DNA of 64,000 nucleotides from Escherichia coli (GTDB lineage Bacteria; Pseudomonadota; Gammaproteobacteria; Enterobacterales; Enterobacteriaceae): NCBI RefSeq assembly GCF_016026235.1, contig NZ_CP065613.1; one strand, 5' to 3'. Shown piece by piece: positions 49,291 to 58,334 of this stretch (position 1 is its first letter; each line of letters starts with the position of its first letter). The notes under the pieces were generated by a model. It saw only the letters and a program-made list of their open reading frames with translations, ran no database searches and was not told where the DNA came from. The position numbers and the translations under genes were made by a program.

Positions 49291-49854
49291 ATGGCGGGTG
49301 AAAGCTTTATTTTGATGGGCGTTTCAGGGAGTGGTAAAACATTAATTGGTAGCAAGGTTGCCGCGTTATTATCTGCTAAATTTATTGATGGTGACGATCT
49401 TCATCCAGCCAAAAATATAGATAAAATGTCGCAGGGTATTCCATTATCTGATGAAGATCGACTTCCCTGGCTGGAACGCTTAAATGATGCTTCATACAGT
49501 CTTTATAAAAAGAATGAAACAGGATTTATTGTCTGTTCATCATTAAAAAAACAGTATCGTGATATTTTACGCAAGGGTAGCCCCCATGTTCATTTCCTCT
49601 GGTTAGATGGCGACTATGAAACTATTCTCGCGCGAATGCAGCGTCGGGCTGGGCATTTTATGCCGGTAGCGTTACTAAAAAGTCAGTTTGAGGCACTGGA
49701 GCGTCCACAAGAAGATGAACAGGATATTGTGCGCATTGATATCAACCATGATATTGCCAATGTCACTGAACAATGTCGGCAGGCTGTGCTGGCGATACGA
49801 CAAAACAGAATATGTGCGAAAGAGGGCAGCGCCTCAGATCAGCGCTGCGAATGA
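49291..49854 (+). CDS. idnK: gluconate kinase (thermosensitive GntV/IdnK)
   Basis: 187 aa ORF with P-loop GVSGSGKT; divergent from idnD; recognised as IdnK. Confidence 0.9.
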   Translation: MAGESFILMGVSGSGKTLIGSKVAALLSAKFIDGDDLHPAKNIDKMSQGIPLSDEDRLPWLERLNDASYSLYKKNETGFIVCSSLKKQYRDILRKGSPHVHFLWLDGDYETILARMQRRAGHFMPVALLKSQFEALERPQEDEQDIVRIDINHDIANVTEQCRQAVLAIRQNRICAKEGSASDQRCE

Positions 49855-49857
49855 TTT

Positions 49858-50877
49858 TCAAAAATCGGCTTTCAACACCACGCGGTAACGCGCCTTACCG
49901 TCGCGCACATGCTGGATGGCGTCGTTAATTTTCGACATCGGGAACAATTCGGTAGTCGGCGCAACCTTGCTGCGGGCGGCAAAACGCATCAGCTTACGCA
50001 ACTCATAAGGCGTGCCAGTAGCAGAGCCAGAGACACTGCGATCGCCCGCAATTAACGTAAAGGCCGGAACAGACAGCGGCGTGAGAACCGCACCGACCGT
50101 ATGGAAATTACCGCCATACGTCAGCGCCTCAAAATAAGGCTGCCAGTCGAGGCTGACGTTCACAGTATTGATAATGAGATCAAACTGCCCCGCCAGAGTT
50201 TTCAGTGCCTGCGGATCGCGGCTATTCACCACTTTATCGGCACCCATCGCCAGTACTTCCTGCTCTTTCGCCGGATTTGAACTAAAGGCTGTCACCTCGC
50301 ATCCCATTGCGTGCAGAAGTTTTATAGCGATATGCCCCAGCCCGCCAATACCAATTACCCCAACGCGGCTGGTAGCAGTGATATGGTGCATCAACAGTGG
50401 TTTAAAGACCGTGATACCGCCGCACAACAGCGGCCCGGCGGACTCGATATCAATATTTTCTGGCAGTGGAATCACCCATTGCCAGTCCGCACGCAACTTC
50501 TCGGCAAAGCCACCGCGATTCATAATCGTCGGCACCGCACCTTGCTCGCAGTTGATCTGATTACCGCTAATACAGGCGTCGCAGTGACCACAGCTACGCG
50601 CCGTCCAGCCAATCCCGACACGCTGACCGACCTGCAAACCTTTATCCTGCGCGGCGCTCCCGAGTGCCACCACGCGCCCAATCACCTCATGCCCGGCAAC
50701 CAGCGGATACTGTGAAAATCCCCATTCGTTATCGATCATCGACAGATCGGAATGGCAGATCCCGCAGTAATCCACCTGCACTTCAATATCTTGTGGCTTC
50801 AGCTCACCGGGATCGTACTCATAAACTTCCAGTTCTCCGCCCGCTTCTTTTGCGGCATAGCTTTTTATCATCGACAT
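49858..50877 (-). CDS. ahr: NADPH-dependent aldehyde reductase Ahr (YjgB), zinc-type alcohol dehydrogenase
   Basis: 339 aa from [26 protein letters not shown]... with GHEVIG and CGHCDAC zinc motifs; the track ORF begins 14 codons upstream. Confidence 0.9.
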   Translation of the reverse strand: MSMIKSYAAKEAGGELEVYEYDPGELKPQDIEVQVDYCGICHSDLSMIDNEWGFSQYPLVAGHEVIGRVVALGSAAQDKGLQVGQRVGIGWTARSCGHCDACISGNQINCEQGAVPTIMNRGGFAEKLRADWQWVIPLPENIDIESAGPLLCGGITVFKPLLMHHITATSRVGVIGIGGLGHIAIKLLHAMGCEVTAFSSNPAKEQEVLAMGADKVVNSRDPQALKTLAGQFDLIINTVNVSLDWQPYFEALTYGGNFHTVGAVLTPLSVPAFTLIAGDRSVSGSATGTPYELRKLMRFAARSKVAPTTELFPMSKINDAIQHVRDGKARYRVVLKADF

Positions 50878-51015
50878 TTTTTGGTCCTTCTCTGGTGTTG
50901 TCTGGGAAGTGTAGAGCATGGCAGGGCGGGGTGCCTGGAGTGTGACAAAGGTTACACATCGCGGTATGCAATGCTGAAAATTTCAGCACTTAGCGAGGTG
51001 CGAGCAAGCTGGCGC

Positions 51016-51043
51016 TTGCATGGTGGTGCGTGACAGGTATAAT
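51016..51043 (+). promoter_or_regulatory. leuX promoter (-35 ttgcat, -10 tataat)
   Basis: Near-consensus sigma70 hexamers with 16-bp spacing, about 30 nt upstream of the tRNA 5-prime end. Confidence 0.6.
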
Positions 51044-51072
51044 TCACAACGTTTTCCGCATACCTCTTCAGT

Positions 51073-51157
51073 GCCGAAGTGGCGAAATCGGTAGACGCAG
51101 TTGATTCAAAATCAACCGTAGAAATACGTGCCGGTTCGAGTCCGGCCTTCGGCACCA
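51073..51157 (+). tRNA. leuX: tRNA-Leu (anticodon CAA)
   Basis: 85-nt sequence gccgaagtggcgaaatcggtagacgcagttgattCAAaatcaacc...ggttcgagtccggccttcggcacca with acceptor stem pairing, long variable arm and encoded CCA; classic island integration site. Confidence 0.9.
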
Positions 51158-51320
51158 TTAGTACTTCCAAGAACATCCGAGAAAGTCCAATTATTCCTTA
51201 AAAATCAATGCTTGCAGCGACTTTTACGTCCTGTGTCTTCCGAGGTTGTCCGTTGAAATCCGGATGTTATTGGGGGCATAATTGGGGGCATCTTAACTTC
51301 GATTAGAAATGTGCCCCCAA

Positions 51321-52577
51321 ATGAAGCTTAACGCCAGACAGGTCGAGACCGCAAAGCCAAAAGACAAAACCTACAAAATGGCCGATGGTGGCGGTTTGTA
51401 TCTTGAGGTTTCGGTCAAAGGTTCCAAATACTGGCGCATGAAATACAGACGTCCCTCTGACAAAAAAGAGGATCGCCTCGCTTTTGGTGTTTGGCCTACT
51501 GTGACGCTTGCTCAGGCAAGAGCAAAACGCGATGAAGCTAAAAAGCTTTTAGTACAGGGCATAGACCCAAAAGTCGTACAAAAAGAAGCTCAGGCCGAGA
51601 ATTCGGGGGCATATACTTTTGAAACTATCGCCCGAGAATGGCATGCCAGTAACAAGCGTTGGAGTGAAGACCATCGATCGCGTGTTCTTCGCTATCTTGA
51701 GCTTTATATCTTTCCTCATATTGGTTCGTCCGACATTCGGCAGCTTAAAACCAGCCACCTGTTAACCCCGATTAAAAAAGTTGATGCCAGTGGCAAACAC
51801 GATGTCGCTCAGCGCCTGCAACAGCGCGTCACGGCCATTATGCGTTATGCCGTACAGAACGATTACATCGACTCAAATCCAGCCAGCGATATGGCCGGTG
51901 CGCTATCGACAACCAAAGCGCGACATTACCCTGCTTTACCTTCTAGCCGGTTCCCTGAGTTTCTTGCACGTCTTGCTGCCTATCGCGGCCGCAAAATGAC
52001 GCGTATTGCAGTCGAGTTATCTCTACTTACCTTCGTTCGCTCTAGTGAGATGCGATTTGCCCGATGGGATGAGTTTGATTTTGATAACGCCTGCTGGCGG
52101 ATACCGGCGCGGCGTGAAGAAATCGAAGGTGTGCGTTACTCCTATCGTGGGATGAAGATGAAAGAGGAACATATTGTTCCATTGAGCACTCAGGCTCTAG
52201 CTTTGCTGGATGAGTTGAAGAAGCTTAGTGGAGATAATCCTAGACTGTTTCCCGGTGATCATGATCCCAATAAAGTTATGAGCGAAAACACAGTTAATAA
52301 TGCGCTCAGGACTATGGGCTACGACACACAAACGGAAGTATGTGGGCATGGTTTTAGAACAATGGCGCGTGGTGCTTTGGGGGAGTCGGGGCTTTGGAGT
52401 GATGATGCGATAGAACGTCAGTTAAGCCACTCGGAGCGCAATAATGTTCGTGCAGCTTATATCCATACTTCAGAGCATTTGGACGAACGTCGATTGATGA
52501 TGCAATGGTGGGCGGATTTCCTATCAGCAAATCGTGAGACTTTCGTAACACCATTTGATTTTGCAAAAAAATATTAA
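51321..52577 (+). CDS. intB: P4-type phage integrase (tyrosine recombinase) adjacent to tRNA-leuX
   Basis: About 418 aa from MKLNARQVETAKPKDKTYKMADGGGLYLEVSVKGSKYWRMKYR...; characteristic P4-integrase N-terminus and C-terminal catalytic region (HGFRTMARGAL...RAAYIH); directly 3-prime of leuX. Confidence 0.9.
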   Translation: MKLNARQVETAKPKDKTYKMADGGGLYLEVSVKGSKYWRMKYRRPSDKKEDRLAFGVWPTVTLAQARAKRDEAKKLLVQGIDPKVVQKEAQAENSGAYTFETIAREWHASNKRWSEDHRSRVLRYLELYIFPHIGSSDIRQLKTSHLLTPIKKVDASGKHDVAQRLQQRVTAIMRYAVQNDYIDSNPASDMAGALSTTKARHYPALPSSRFPEFLARLAAYRGRKMTRIAVELSLLTFVRSSEMRFARWDEFDFDNACWRIPARREEIEGVRYSYRGMKMKEEHIVPLSTQALALLDELKKLSGDNPRLFPGDHDPNKVMSENTVNNALRTMGYDTQTEVCGHGFRTMARGALGESGLWSDDAIERQLSHSERNNVRAAYIHTSEHLDERRLMMQWWADFLSANRETFVTPFDFAKKY

Positions 52578-52668
52578 TAATTGATTTTTTCTGTATGTTT
52601 TTGTTAGGTATTAATCAATTTCAGTTTTACTTTCATCTATAACAGACTTATACACGGAATGATGCGTT

Positions 52669-55405
52669 ATGATTACAAAAGATATAGTTGTTAGTGCATA
52701 TAATTGTCTTAAGTCATATGCTTACTACGAAAACTTAAATTTTTTCCTAAAGGAAGAAATCGCTCAATTTGAAGATTCTCTCTATGACGAAAAAATAGAA
52801 AAAGTGGTTGATTTTTTTGAAAATAATAATGACATTAACTTTAATGAGTGGCTAAATAAAATTGATGTTGAATTATTACCAAAAAAAATTGATAGCCATT
52901 TGGATATTGAGCAAACGAGCGGAGCTCTTTTTTTAAGTAATAATAAGACATCAGATGAATACAAAGTAGGTGCTGTAAATTATTTGATCGTTGCTCCTAT
53001 TGAAATATATTTAATAGAAACACTCTGGTCTATCTTTGTTGGTTCAATGCTAGATGACAAGTTTTCTGATTCGGTTTATGGAAATAGAATATCAAAAGTA
53101 ATAAAAAATATTCTAAGAATAGTTTCGATGCGCCAAAAAACTCCTCAAAAAATATCTTTGAAAGATACATTGATAATTATAATAAATGGCGAGATGGTGG
53201 TATCGATAAAGCGATAGAAGTTATAGAAAAAGAGCGAAATGATGTTGCAATTCTTTCTCTGGATCTTAAGGGTTTTTATTATAATATAGATATAGATTTT
53301 GATGCCATTGATAGAATTATTGACGAAGAACAATTAGAAGAAATTAAAGCTCTTTCTATGTTGTTGAATAGTAAATTGAGGTTGATGCATCAAAAATACA
53401 GAGAGAAAATATCTCCATATATTGGTGTGACACATTCAACTCCTTCATCAAAAGGCATTCCAATTGGATTTACTTCTTCTGCCATATTATCTAATTGGTA
53501 TTTAATGGGTTTTGATAAAGATATTAAATCAAAAATTAACCCATCGTACTACGGTCGCTATGTGGATGATATTCTTTTAGTTTTTTCATCCCCGGACATT
53601 AAAAAAGAAGATAAAGGTGAAGAAGTAATAAAATTCATAGAGCGAACCCTTAATGGATTCATTAAACAGGCAGCGAATGATGAGAAAGGCTTTACGTTGA
53701 CCGAGAGTTATCATGAATTACCAATTCAAAAGGATAAATTGATTTTTCATTATTTCAATAAAGATCATAGTTTGGCTGGTTTACAAGTCTTCAAACAAGA
53801 AATTGAGAACAGAAGCAGTGCATTTCGTTTTTTACCGGAAGAACATATATCTAGCGATCTCGATAAATTTGCTTATGATATATTACTTGATGGTTCGGCA
53901 AATAAATTTAGAAGTATTGTAGGTTTGGCAGAGAATGAAACTGAATTATCAAAATATATATCATCACATATCTTAGCTCATAGGCTTTGCAATCTTCCAT
54001 CGAATGAGAATACCTTAAAGCAAATAACGCTGTTTTTTAAAGGTGAAAATTCTCTAAGGTTCAGTCGGTTATGGGAGAAAGTTCTATCGTATACATTAAT
54101 TACAAGAAAATATGGATTTTCAATCGCCTTTTACAAACAAATTAAAGAATCAATTAATAAAATTAAGTGGAAGGAAGGTGATAGTGTTATATCTCCAAAA
54201 CTTAAAAATGGAATGCAGAAATACATTGATATTTCTCTTTGTTTGAATTTGGCTTTGTTAGATTTAAATGTCATTTTAGGTGATAAAGAGCCACAAAATA
54301 GAGCTTTGGAAGGTTTGAAATCTTTAATTAAACAGTCCGATGGAATGTCTGTTCTAATTGAAAGATTTAGAAGCAGTAATTTGATTCGTCATAATCTAGT
54401 GTCTTGGCCTTTAGCTAACTATACTAAATATAAAGGAGATCTTACTGAGGAGAATTTATACAGTAAGATGCATGGTATTCCACTTGATAATGATAAATTA
54501 AATAAAACCCCTAGATATATTCATGCTGATGAAAAGCAGCTTTTCGATTTGATTGATGCTCTTCATACAAGAAAACTACATAAGTTTACGCATGAAAATA
54601 AGCATCACTTAAAAAATTGCTCTGTTACTAAGATAAAAGATAATAAAGCTCTTGAAATAAAGGTAGGAATTGATGATAGAAGTGGTAATGACACAATAAA
54701 AGTTGCGTTGGCAAATATGAGAGTTGAACGTCGTAATATTGAAAGTGCTTGCAGAAAAGATCAGTCTCCAAATTTAAGTTATGAACGACAAAGAAACCTT
54801 TATCGTATTCTCAACTCGGCAACTGAAGAAAATGTGCAGATATTACTACTCCCTGAGTTATCAATTCCTGTGTCGTGGTTACCTTTTATGGCAGCACATT
54901 CAAGGAGAAAACAAATATCTTTGATTTTCGGATTAGAGCATTGGGTTATTAACGAACGCGCATATAATATTTTGGTTGAAATGCTGCCTTATACTTCAAA
55001 CTTTAAACACAAATCCAGTATGTTAGTTTTTCGAGTGAAAAATCATTACGCACCTAGTGAGATTACGATGCTGAATTCTTTAAGGTTAAAAATATCCTCT
55101 CCTAAACCTAGTAAACAACGGTATCATTTGATTAAGTGGAAAAACGTATCATTTTCTACATACAACTGTTTTGAACTGGCTAATATCGAGCATAGAGCAT
55201 TATTTCGTTCGCAGTTGGATATTTTATTTGCTTGCGTATGGAATCAAGATATAAATTATTATCAACATATCACTGAGTCAGCGACACGGGATTTACATTG
55301 TTATGTGGCTCAATCGAATACTTCGCATTATGGCGGTTCTTGTGTTCTACAACCGACCAGTAGCACTATTTCAAATAAGATATATGTAAAAGGTGGGGAA
55401 AACCA
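52669..55405 (+). CDS. reverse transcriptase fused to a C-terminal nitrilase-like (CN-hydrolase) domain, UG/Abi (DRT-like) defence-type RT; frame switches by -1 within 53088-53217 and the 3-prime end is cut by an IS10-like insertion
   Basis: Track ORFs 52669..53217 (frame 1) and 53358..55409 (frame 0, open back to 53088) form one gene. RT motif A AILSLDLKGFYYNID at 53247-53291, motif B KGIPIGFTSSAILSNWYLMGFD at about 53451-53516, motif C YGRYVDDILLVF (YVDD at 53559-53570). C-terminal region has nitrilase-like Glu/Lys/Cys candidates (LLLPELSIP about 54855, FRVKNHY about 55038, STYNCFELANIE about 55167). Strongly AT-rich. Confidence 0.75.
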
Positions 55406-56700
55406 CTGAGGGATCCCCAGAAAATTTAGTAAACCATTATCATATTGGTATACCGTTGCTGTAGAACTTTCAGCCCTGCGTCAAGTGACAGTGTGTTTAG
55501 TATGAGTGGAGAATGTCGAATCACATTCTCCGCCAGTTTTAATAACGAGATGACTCGCCTGTGCTTCACTGTATTTGCCTGATATTTATGATGTATCCCT
55601 TTGTTTTCCAGGCTGAAACCGCTTAACCACATAATGATACTGGCTAATGTTGCGATCAGACTCAATACCGTGACCCGCCCGGATGAATGACTGGCACCAA
55701 ACCGTAGTCCAAATCCCCAGCGAGGATTTTTTTCATCCCTGAAATTTTGCTCAATTTGCATTCTACGGCTGTATAATTTCATTACCTGTTTTGGCGAGAA
55801 CTCAGTACTGTTTGTGAAAATAAACCATGGTGATTTCCCGGCAGTACGAGCTTTAGCCGTCACCGATGGTCTGGTTGCTCTTTCCTTCGAGCGTTTAAAT
55901 CTACGACCTTTAGGCTTACTTTTATAAAGATAAAAATGCCCTTCATGTTGTGCATTTTTATCTCGACCCAGCAGGCCTTCACCTAAATAAATTGCTGTCG
56001 TTGATGCTTTTGTGCCTGAGTCCGACACCTTTTCCCAGCCATTACCAACATTGTAATAATGATTGCCCAGTACCCGGCAAATATAGGTCCAGCCACGGGA
56101 GCGGAGCTGTTGGAACCATCGCCCCTGAAAACCGGCATCTGTAATAACAATGACATCAGTCCCGGGGGAAAAGCACTCAGCAAGCGATTCCAGAAAACGC
56201 TCATGTACATCTGCATTCGCTGTCTGTGATGATGGAACGACACAACTCATCAACGGTAAAGAACGCCCGTCACATGCCAGGCTTGCCCGCAAAAGCTGAA
56301 AACGAGAGGCATGATAAGCACTCCAGTCAATGAGTATCACAACACGAGACATTCCCCGCGTAATCTTTTGGGTAATTCGCTGAAAAATGGTGGAAACCTC
56401 ATTTTGCAAATGTCGATTCCCCAACAGTCGATCCACCCGCTTTATTTTGTTTTTAACTGATGCCGTACCGGTTAAATGACGCCCGATACTGGTAAGTGTG
56501 AGGGAAGCGCCATTTATTACAGCATTAGTTGCGTCAATCAGTGATTTTTGACGGTAAAGATGCAAAGGGGCCAGTATGTTGTTAAGGAAATTTTGGCATA
56601 ATGAACGTGCAGGCATAGTGGTGATCTCCTTGAAATTGTTAGCACAATCAATTAGATCACATCTCACTATGCCTGTCTTGTTTTCTGGGGATTCCTCAGG
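55406..56700 (-). mobile_element. IS10-like insertion sequence (IS4 family), copy 2, inserted into the 3-prime end of the RT-nitrilase gene
   Basis: Same inverted repeats and transposase as copy 1 (only one silent difference noticed, at 34613 versus 55679); flanked by a 9-10 bp direct duplication (g)ggaaaacca. Confidence 0.85.
55426..56616 (-). CDS. IS10-like (IS4-family, DDE) transposase, copy 2
   Basis: Protein identical to the copy-1 transposase; the longer track ORF (to 56715) runs out of the element into flanking DNA and is not the real start. Confidence 0.8.
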   Translation of the reverse strand: MPARSLCQNFLNNILAPLHLYRQKSLIDATNAVINGASLTLTSIGRHLTGTASVKNKIKRVDRLLGNRHLQNEVSTIFQRITQKITRGMSRVVILIDWSAYHASRFQLLRASLACDGRSLPLMSCVVPSSQTANADVHERFLESLAECFSPGTDVIVITDAGFQGRWFQQLRSRGWTYICRVLGNHYYNVGNGWEKVSDSGTKASTTAIYLGEGLLGRDKNAQHEGHFYLYKSKPKGRRFKRSKERATRPSVTAKARTAGKSPWFIFTNSTEFSPKQVMKLYSRRMQIEQNFRDEKNPRWGFGLRFGASHSSGRVTVLSLIATLASIIMWLSGFSLENKGIHHKYQANTVKHRRVISLLKLAENVIRHSPLILNTLSLDAGLKVLQQRYTNMIMVY

Positions 56701-56848
56701 GGAAAACCATTGCATCCTAACTACTACTTTAAATATATATGCATTGAGAGAGGCTCAATATCGTTCATTCAGAATTAACTCCGATACTATTAAACACAAT
56801 CCTCCAGGGTTTGACTATAATGCTCTATTAGAGCGAGGTGAGAAATGA
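56701..56848 (+). other. displaced 3-prime end of the RT-nitrilase gene (last ~48 codons plus stop) separated from the body by the IS insertion
   Basis: After removing the IS and one copy of the target duplication the RT frame continues ...VKGGENH|CILTTTLNIYALREAQYRSFRINSDTIKHNPPGFDYNALLERGEK to a TGA at 56846-56848. Confidence 0.65.
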
Positions 56849-57534
56849 GTAGCTTTTGGGAAGGTATTTTGTCATCAAGCATTTCATTTGCAATTATTGG
56901 ATTTGTTTGTAAGGCTTTTTTACAACATATTGATAAAAGAGAGTTAGAATCATTTAAAAATAAGTTGAAATATGAAAGTGAACAGAGAATTAAAGAGGAT
57001 GAACGTGCTTATAATTTTAAAAAAGCAAGAGATCTTGAAATCGGACGTTGGGGGTTAACATTACTTAGTGCTGCAAATGGTTTTTTAGGAAGGCTATGTT
57101 ATATTAAAGATCACAATGACCTATCGTCGGATCAATATTATATTGATAGTACAAGATTCTATCTATGCCAATATTTTTGCTGGGTACATCAATTCAGGAA
57201 AAATAGAGATTCATCTGTATTTTCACCAACTAATGATGAAATGTTAATAACTGAATTAATCAAAAATATTTCTATAGCCCTACGAGAGAACGATATTGGT
57301 TTTCCTTGTATTAGATCTCTTGAACAAAAGTATATAGGTGAAAGCCTTAGCATTGGTGCTGAATGTATGTCCTATAAAGATTTTATCGATTCTAAAGTAT
57401 TAGAAAACTATGCACCTCTAAATGATTTTGTTGAAGCAATTCTACAAAATAATAATAAAGATTATATCGATAAACTCGTTATCCCATTCCAAGATCTCAA
57501 GACCAGATTTGATGCGGCATTACAAAATAAATGA
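56845..57534 (+). CDS. uncharacterised membrane-anchored protein, translationally coupled to the RT-nitrilase gene (candidate partner/effector)
   Basis: 229 aa ORF; ATG at 56845 overlaps the reconstructed RT-nitrilase stop (ATGA); N-terminal hydrophobic helix SSISFAIIGFVCKAF; AT-rich like the RT gene; no family recognised. Confidence 0.6.
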   Translation: MSSFWEGILSSSISFAIIGFVCKAFLQHIDKRELESFKNKLKYESEQRIKEDERAYNFKKARDLEIGRWGLTLLSAANGFLGRLCYIKDHNDLSSDQYYIDSTRFYLCQYFCWVHQFRKNRDSSVFSPTNDEMLITELIKNISIALRENDIGFPCIRSLEQKYIGESLSIGAECMSYKDFIDSKVLENYAPLNDFVEAILQNNNKDYIDKLVIPFQDLKTRFDAALQNK

Positions 57535-57554
57535 TTTTTTTACCTGCGCGCAAT

Positions 57555-57640
57555 GCTCTCCCCGCCTCGCCCGCCCGCTTTGCGGGGCGGTTTTAATGCA
57601 GTTGCACTGACACGCTCAGACCGCGCCGGGAATGGCGCGG
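57555..57640. terminator. pair of GC-rich hairpins between convergent genes
   Basis: ccgcccgctttgcggggcgg followed by tttta, and a perfect 11-bp stem cagaccgcgcc-gggaat-ggcgcggtctg. Confidence 0.5.
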
Positions 57641-57735
57641 TCTGCAGAAAATGAGGCAGGGAAACGCATGCAAAGCCATGCACCTTATCGATGCATGGCT
57701 TTTTTCAGTAAAAACAGGCGGATTTTCGGGGAATT

Positions 57736-58279
57736 TTACACAGACTGACGTGATGCCAGTTGCGCACTTTTACGCGAAAAAATCATGTTCTGCGCAGGGG
57801 TGAATTTTTCACGGCTGTCATCCACCGAAGCCGCGTCAGGCCTGAATCCGATGGTCGTTAAAATGTCGCTATCCTGTGCGGAATAATTAATTTTTTCACC
57901 CTTCGCAAGCCAGGACAGGAGGGCTTCACGCAGGGCATCTGTGGCACGCTGTATGGCACAGTTTCGGGCAATGGCCGTCAGCTCACTGTAGCCCATCAGC
58001 TCCGGTGCCAGTGCCGCCGCCAGTGCTGTGCCGTGCTGCTGCATAAAATCATTCAGCCGGTCGCGGATGCTGATGTGCTGAACGGCTTCATGCGAACGAA
58101 TATAACGACCGGCGGCCTGATTCACCTGCCATTTTCTGACTTCGATAATATTGCGTAATTCGTCCAGGCGACTGACGTTTCTGCCTTCTCCTGACAGAAG
58201 CCGCAGATATTCCTGTTCGGCCGCAGCCAGCTCATTTTTGCGTTGCAGCCATGCTGCTTTGTTATTCTGACAGGTGTCA
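57736..58279 (-). pseudogene. 5-prime-truncated ORF of unknown function, cut by the IS1 left end
   Basis: 185 aa track ORF whose first codons lie inside the IS1 inverted repeat (IS1 starts at 58280), so the native N-terminus is missing; GC content differs from the RT region; product not recognised. Confidence 0.45.
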
Positions 58280-58334
58280 GGTAATGCTGCCAACTTACTG
58301 ATTTAGTGTATGATGGTGATTTTAAGGTGCTTGC

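Noticed and set aside
52669-53217. Treating the 182 aa ORF 52669..53217 as a separate small gene upstream of the RT
   Set aside because: RT motif A lies in the other frame just 30 nt past its stop, and that frame is open back to 53088, overlapping it; the two ORFs are best explained as one gene with a -1 frame change.
56576-56848. Track ORF 56576..56848 as an independent 90 aa gene
   Set aside because: Its first part is read out of the IS10-like element end and its last 48 codons are the displaced C-terminus of the RT-nitrilase gene; it is an insertion artefact, not a gene.
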